Shown piece after piece: positions 16,572 to 20,000 of a stretch of DNA of 20,000 bases. The stretch is from an uncultured virus (IMG/VR IMGVR_UViG_3300030372_004205) (taxonomy: Duplodnaviria; Heunggongvirae; Uroviricota; Caudoviricetes; Crassvirales): IMG/VR virus record IMGVR_UViG_3300030372_004205, positions 44,679 through 64,678 of that record, one strand, 5' to 3'. The position numbers and the translations under genes are program-made. Each line of letters starts with the position of its first letter. Position 1 is the first letter of the stretch. A model generated the notes under the pieces. It did no database searches, had not been told where the DNA came from, and saw only the letters and a list, made by a program, of their open reading frames with translations.

Positions 16572-16588
16572 GTTTTACTTTTTATTGT

Positions 16589-16607
16589 TATACTATTATT
16601 ATTACAC
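16589..16607 (-). promoter_or_regulatory. Putative phage promoter motif (RTGTAAT-AT-rich-TATA)
   Basis: GTGTAATAATAATAGTATA on the minus strand, with TGTAAT 35 nt upstream of ATG 16571; resembles 2814-2830. Confidence 0.35.
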
Positions 16608-16609
16608 GT

Positions 16610-19600
16610 TTATTGGTGAGCATAACATCTTTTTACTTTTCCTGTATACTCTCCTCTATTTTTACATCTCTTACCTGAAGAGGTTGTTCCAGTGCATTGA
16701 TACTCTTTTACACCATCAGCATCCCTATCCATACCGTCCTTGAACTCAGCGTGGTGAGGGCATAGCCAGGTTTTTTTACCAGAGCTTTTAAATGCAGCTT
16801 GCTCTCTTTGAGAATATGCTGTTGTTAAACCACATCTCTTGCCGTTCGACTTTAACCCAGAGCATTGAACTACTTTACCCTCTTCAATCATCTTCTTTAA
16901 GTCTTTTTCTTTCTGCTCTTTCTTATTTTTGTTTATCTCCTTCTTAATCTCTTTGTCAACTTCTTTTTTTATTTCTTTTGCTTTTTCTTTTTTTGTTTTA
17001 AGAGATTGTTTTGCTTCTTCTAACTGCTTATCTACAACCCCAAGACTCCATCTACTCCAGCCAGACATTAACGCTATACGTTGCCAAAACTCATGATCAC
17101 CAGCTATAGCTTCTTCTACATTATTAGCTTTGTTTAATATTCTAGCCACAGGTAAGTTTGTTAAAGCCTCAGTCCAATTAGCCGCAATACTTAAATTAGG
17201 ATTTTCAATTCTAATACCTATCTCACTACTAACACCTTTATTAAATTCTTCGGTTTTAACAGCATTCATTATTTTTCTCATTTTAGTTCCTAATGGTGGA
17301 GAAAGATTAACAGCTTCTTGAGCTATATTTAGATTATCTCTTTTCCATCTCGGCTTCTCACGCTCTTCTTTCCATTTTAATAAAACATTTTTAAGAGTAG
17401 AAACACCCGCACCATATATACCGGTACCTCTCAATAACGTGTCTAGCGCTCCATTAGCAACTCTTTGTTCTAACTTTTCTTCTCTTTCTTCATCTTCATC
17501 CCAACCGAACAACAAGAACATTAACCCTGTTTGAAGAGCACCAAACAATAGATTTTGAGCAACACCATAATAAATTATTCCAGATATATTAGCCATATCA
17601 CTTTGCTTCTGTGTATAACCTGGTATACGCCTTCTATTAATTAAATCAGATAATTTCTTTTTAGTAAGTCTTGTCATCTGCATCGGAGTGTTTTGCCAAG
17701 CTAGTATCAACCTACCTAATGGTCCAGCTTGTTGATTAGATATTAAATCAGGTCTAGATGACTGTTGCGTTTCCTCAGCTATTTCTTGAAAGTCTAACCA
17801 GGTTTGTTCTTTAGCTTTACTCTCTGACATTCCCTCTTTTAAATACTTATTTAATCTATTTCTATAGAAGGTTGCACCACCCATTGCAATGGCAAAGCTA
17901 TCTGCAATTTGTGTTGGTGTAAAACCTACTTCTAGTAAATAAGCTATAATCGCTTGTGGTTTACTTTTACCTGTATTAAATGCTTTTGTTAATTCAGAAG
18001 CTGATACATCTATTTGTAATCCAGCTCGTCTTTGTTTTAACATGTCTGAATTAAATATAAATGTGAAGTCTTTTATAAACTGAGGAGCGTTAGCAAAAGC
18101 AGCAGCAGCTTTAAATACATTATTATCTGACGCATTAATAAAGTTAACCATTGATATTGTTTGGAGACTTGCTGATCTCATGTTAAAAAACATCACAGCT
18201 CCAACTGACCCATTTATCCAATCTAAAAATCCATTAACTTGAGCATCTTTACCGGTAACCCTGTTTTGACCGGTCTCCATTCTGTATAATATTTTTTCAA
18301 GCTCAGTTCTAAAACCAGTTCCGTACGTAGCCTCTATTTTATTTAAATTCTCTTGTGAGAATATTAAGTTTTTATTTTCAATCCAATCTCTAAGAAATTG
18401 TTTTCTACCAATTTTTAAAACGGTGCTAGATAAATCACTAGCTATATTACCCACAACCCAATGTTGATCTGGTTCTATATATCCATCTTGAATTCTAGAT
18501 AACTTACTAAGACCATCAGCAAACGTTTTTAGCTTTGGATTACTAATAACTCTCTTTTTTAACCTATCTATTTGTTCTTTAGATATACCTGGTATTTCAA
18601 ATCCAGCCTTATCCCACAGATAAACTCTAACAGCATGATCGTTTGTATATACTGTTCCAGCCGCTTTCTTTTTTAATAACTTACTAATACCCTTAAAAGA
18701 TTTTTTTAAAGCCTTATAGTCATCAGACATAGCTTGCTTGTAAGCATTCCATCCTCTATATCCCTTCGCGTATGGGTCTAGTAAATGTTCTTTAAAAAAT
18801 GCAGCGTGTTTATCACCTACTCTACCCTTACCTAAGAAGGAATATAGTAGTCCCTTGAAGTCCTCTGCTGAGGGTGGTATTATAAAATTAAATCTACCTT
18901 TTTTAATCCCTAATATTCTAGCATCACTAGTACTAAACTTCTTTTTTGCCCACACACCCATTGTGTCTTCTAATATTTTATTAAACTCAGAGCTCACGTC
19001 TTTGCTAAGTTGTATTTTAGCTTGAACAACCTTAGATTTAATATCTAGTTGTTCTAGTACATTCTTAACAGCTTTTACGTTTGGTAAGGCATCATCTACG
19101 AAATACATATCATTATATCCCTCTGCAAACTTTTCTAACATCCAGTTGGCTTTAGATTCACCTCTACTATCTGCTAATCCTGTTATATTTTTAAATGGTA
19201 TATTTACACCTTTAGATTTCAACCACTCGTGAATAGCAATATCAGCAGTTTGAGGTCTAGCTGTTAACACAAAAACATTATTAGGTCCATACTTTTTAAT
19301 TTGATTTTTCATTTTCTGAAGCAATGGTCCGTCAACTCCACCTCTTACATTTACAAAATCATCAAAGTTCATTTTGTAACCCTCAGCCATTAGCTCGGGA
19401 CCTTTAATAGGCCAATCAGCTGAACTTATTTCTGTATCTTGTCCAGTTATTGGATTTGTTGCTATAACAAAATTTTCTCCATCTATAATTAATGTCTCAT
19501 CAAAATCAAACGTAGACATTCCTTTGCTTTTCTCAGATAATTTTGAATCAAACGTATAACCTCTTTTCTTTAGATCAGCCTCTATAGCATCGTTAATGTG

Positions 19601-19716
19601 CTTAACATCTAGTGGTGATTTTTTATGTTTAACTTTTGAGGCAGCTTTTATTTGCTCTGTAGCTTTTTGTTTTGTTATTTGTCCTGTTAGTATTCTAGTT
19701 ATTAGTTCGTTTTGAA
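16610..19716 (-). CDS. Very large multidomain protein (probable virion-internal/ejected polyvalent protein) with HAD phosphatase-like domain and two C-terminal Cys/His Zn-finger-like repeats
   Basis: The frame stays open upstream of ATG 19519 to the N-gap (...QNELITRILTGQ...SEKSKG-MSTFDFDETL). HAD motifs FDFDETL, VLTARP, K and FVDD; long helical region; C-terminal QC..G.RC...C..H occurs twice. Confidence 0.8.
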
Positions 19717-19726
19717 NNNNNNNNNN
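19717..19726. other. Assembly gap (10 N)
   Basis: Run of N. Confidence 0.99.
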
Positions 19727-19956
19727 TCCATCTGAGCTTTTGTTAAACCCTTTACATTAACCCCAAAGTATTCTGTAACCGTCATGTTCTCACTGATTAA
19801 AAGATAATCATTAAGATTCACACCAGACTCTGTATACCTCACGATATTAGCTAAACCATCTGGCAGGTAATCTAATTTACCACTTAGTATTCTTGGGACA
19901 ATTAATTCGTAAAATACATCTGGCATTTTAGAAGTGAAACCAGCATCAGCAACCAT
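19727..19956 (-). CDS. Upstream segment, probably the same large protein across the gap
   Basis: Open frame MVADAGFTSKMPDVFYELIVPRILSGK...GLTKAQM runs into the gap, and an open frame resumes on the other side. Confidence 0.6.
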
Positions 19957-20000
19957 GTCATTACCATGCCGGTTGGGGTTGTGCCTTTAGTACTCCGGTT

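Noticed and set aside
390..16743. Antisense or alternate-frame ORFs in the track (e.g. 390-575, 1209-1403, 1560-1820, 3256-3438, 3683-3919, 9586-9837, 10332-10526, 11261-11557, 11481-11708, 12673-12855, 13061-13282, 14389-14595, 14606-14869, 14628-14876, 14878-15063, 15163-15354, 15490-15915, 15782-15979, 16252-16743)
   Set aside because: They overlap better-supported genes, mostly oppose the local transcription direction and show no motifs; they are shadow ORFs, as is 17130-17321.
19519..19956. Separate 84-aa ORF and a start at 19519 for the 969-aa ORF
   Set aside because: The frame is open from 19519 to the gap, so the split is best explained by the N-gap.
1..20000. Alternative genetic code (stop-codon reassignment as in some crAss-like phages)
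   Set aside because: The standard code gives near-complete coding density, and TAA, TGA and TAG all end genes at sensible overlaps.
1..20000. tRNA, rRNA, integrase or transposase genes
   Set aside because: No intergenic space or motifs supporting them were seen.

Overview
AT-rich, densely coding segment of a dsDNA tailed phage genome. The host is probably a Bacteroidota/Flavobacteriia member, inferred from A-rich start contexts that mostly lack a Shine-Dalgarno, plus DUF5675, Hc1-like and T9SS-CTD-like genes. The left arm (+ strand, 1-10975) is a replication, recombination and nucleotide-metabolism module: ATP-dependent DNA ligase, HTH protein, sigma70-family factor, ERF annealase, PD-(D/E)XK exonuclease, SSB-like protein, T7/Twinkle-type primase-helicase, a thymidylate-synthase-superfamily enzyme carrying the dCMP-type Asp of T4 gp42, a MazG-like fusion, a T7 endonuclease I-like nuclease, a class II ribonucleotide reductase split only by an N-gap, and a histone H1-like Hc1 protein. 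It meets the right arm (- strand, about 10972-20000) at a bidirectional intrinsic terminator. The right arm holds a very large protein with HAD and Zn-finger domains, tail/virion-like proteins, a DUF5675 lysin candidate and an unusual exported-protein cassette: an outer-membrane beta-barrel, an LDLa-like/DT-repeat/T9SS-like protein, a membrane coiled-coil protein and a CxxC-less thioredoxin. Top candidates for new biology are a cytosine-modification pathway and the host-envelope cassette. All family assignments come from motif recognition by eye; no searches were run.
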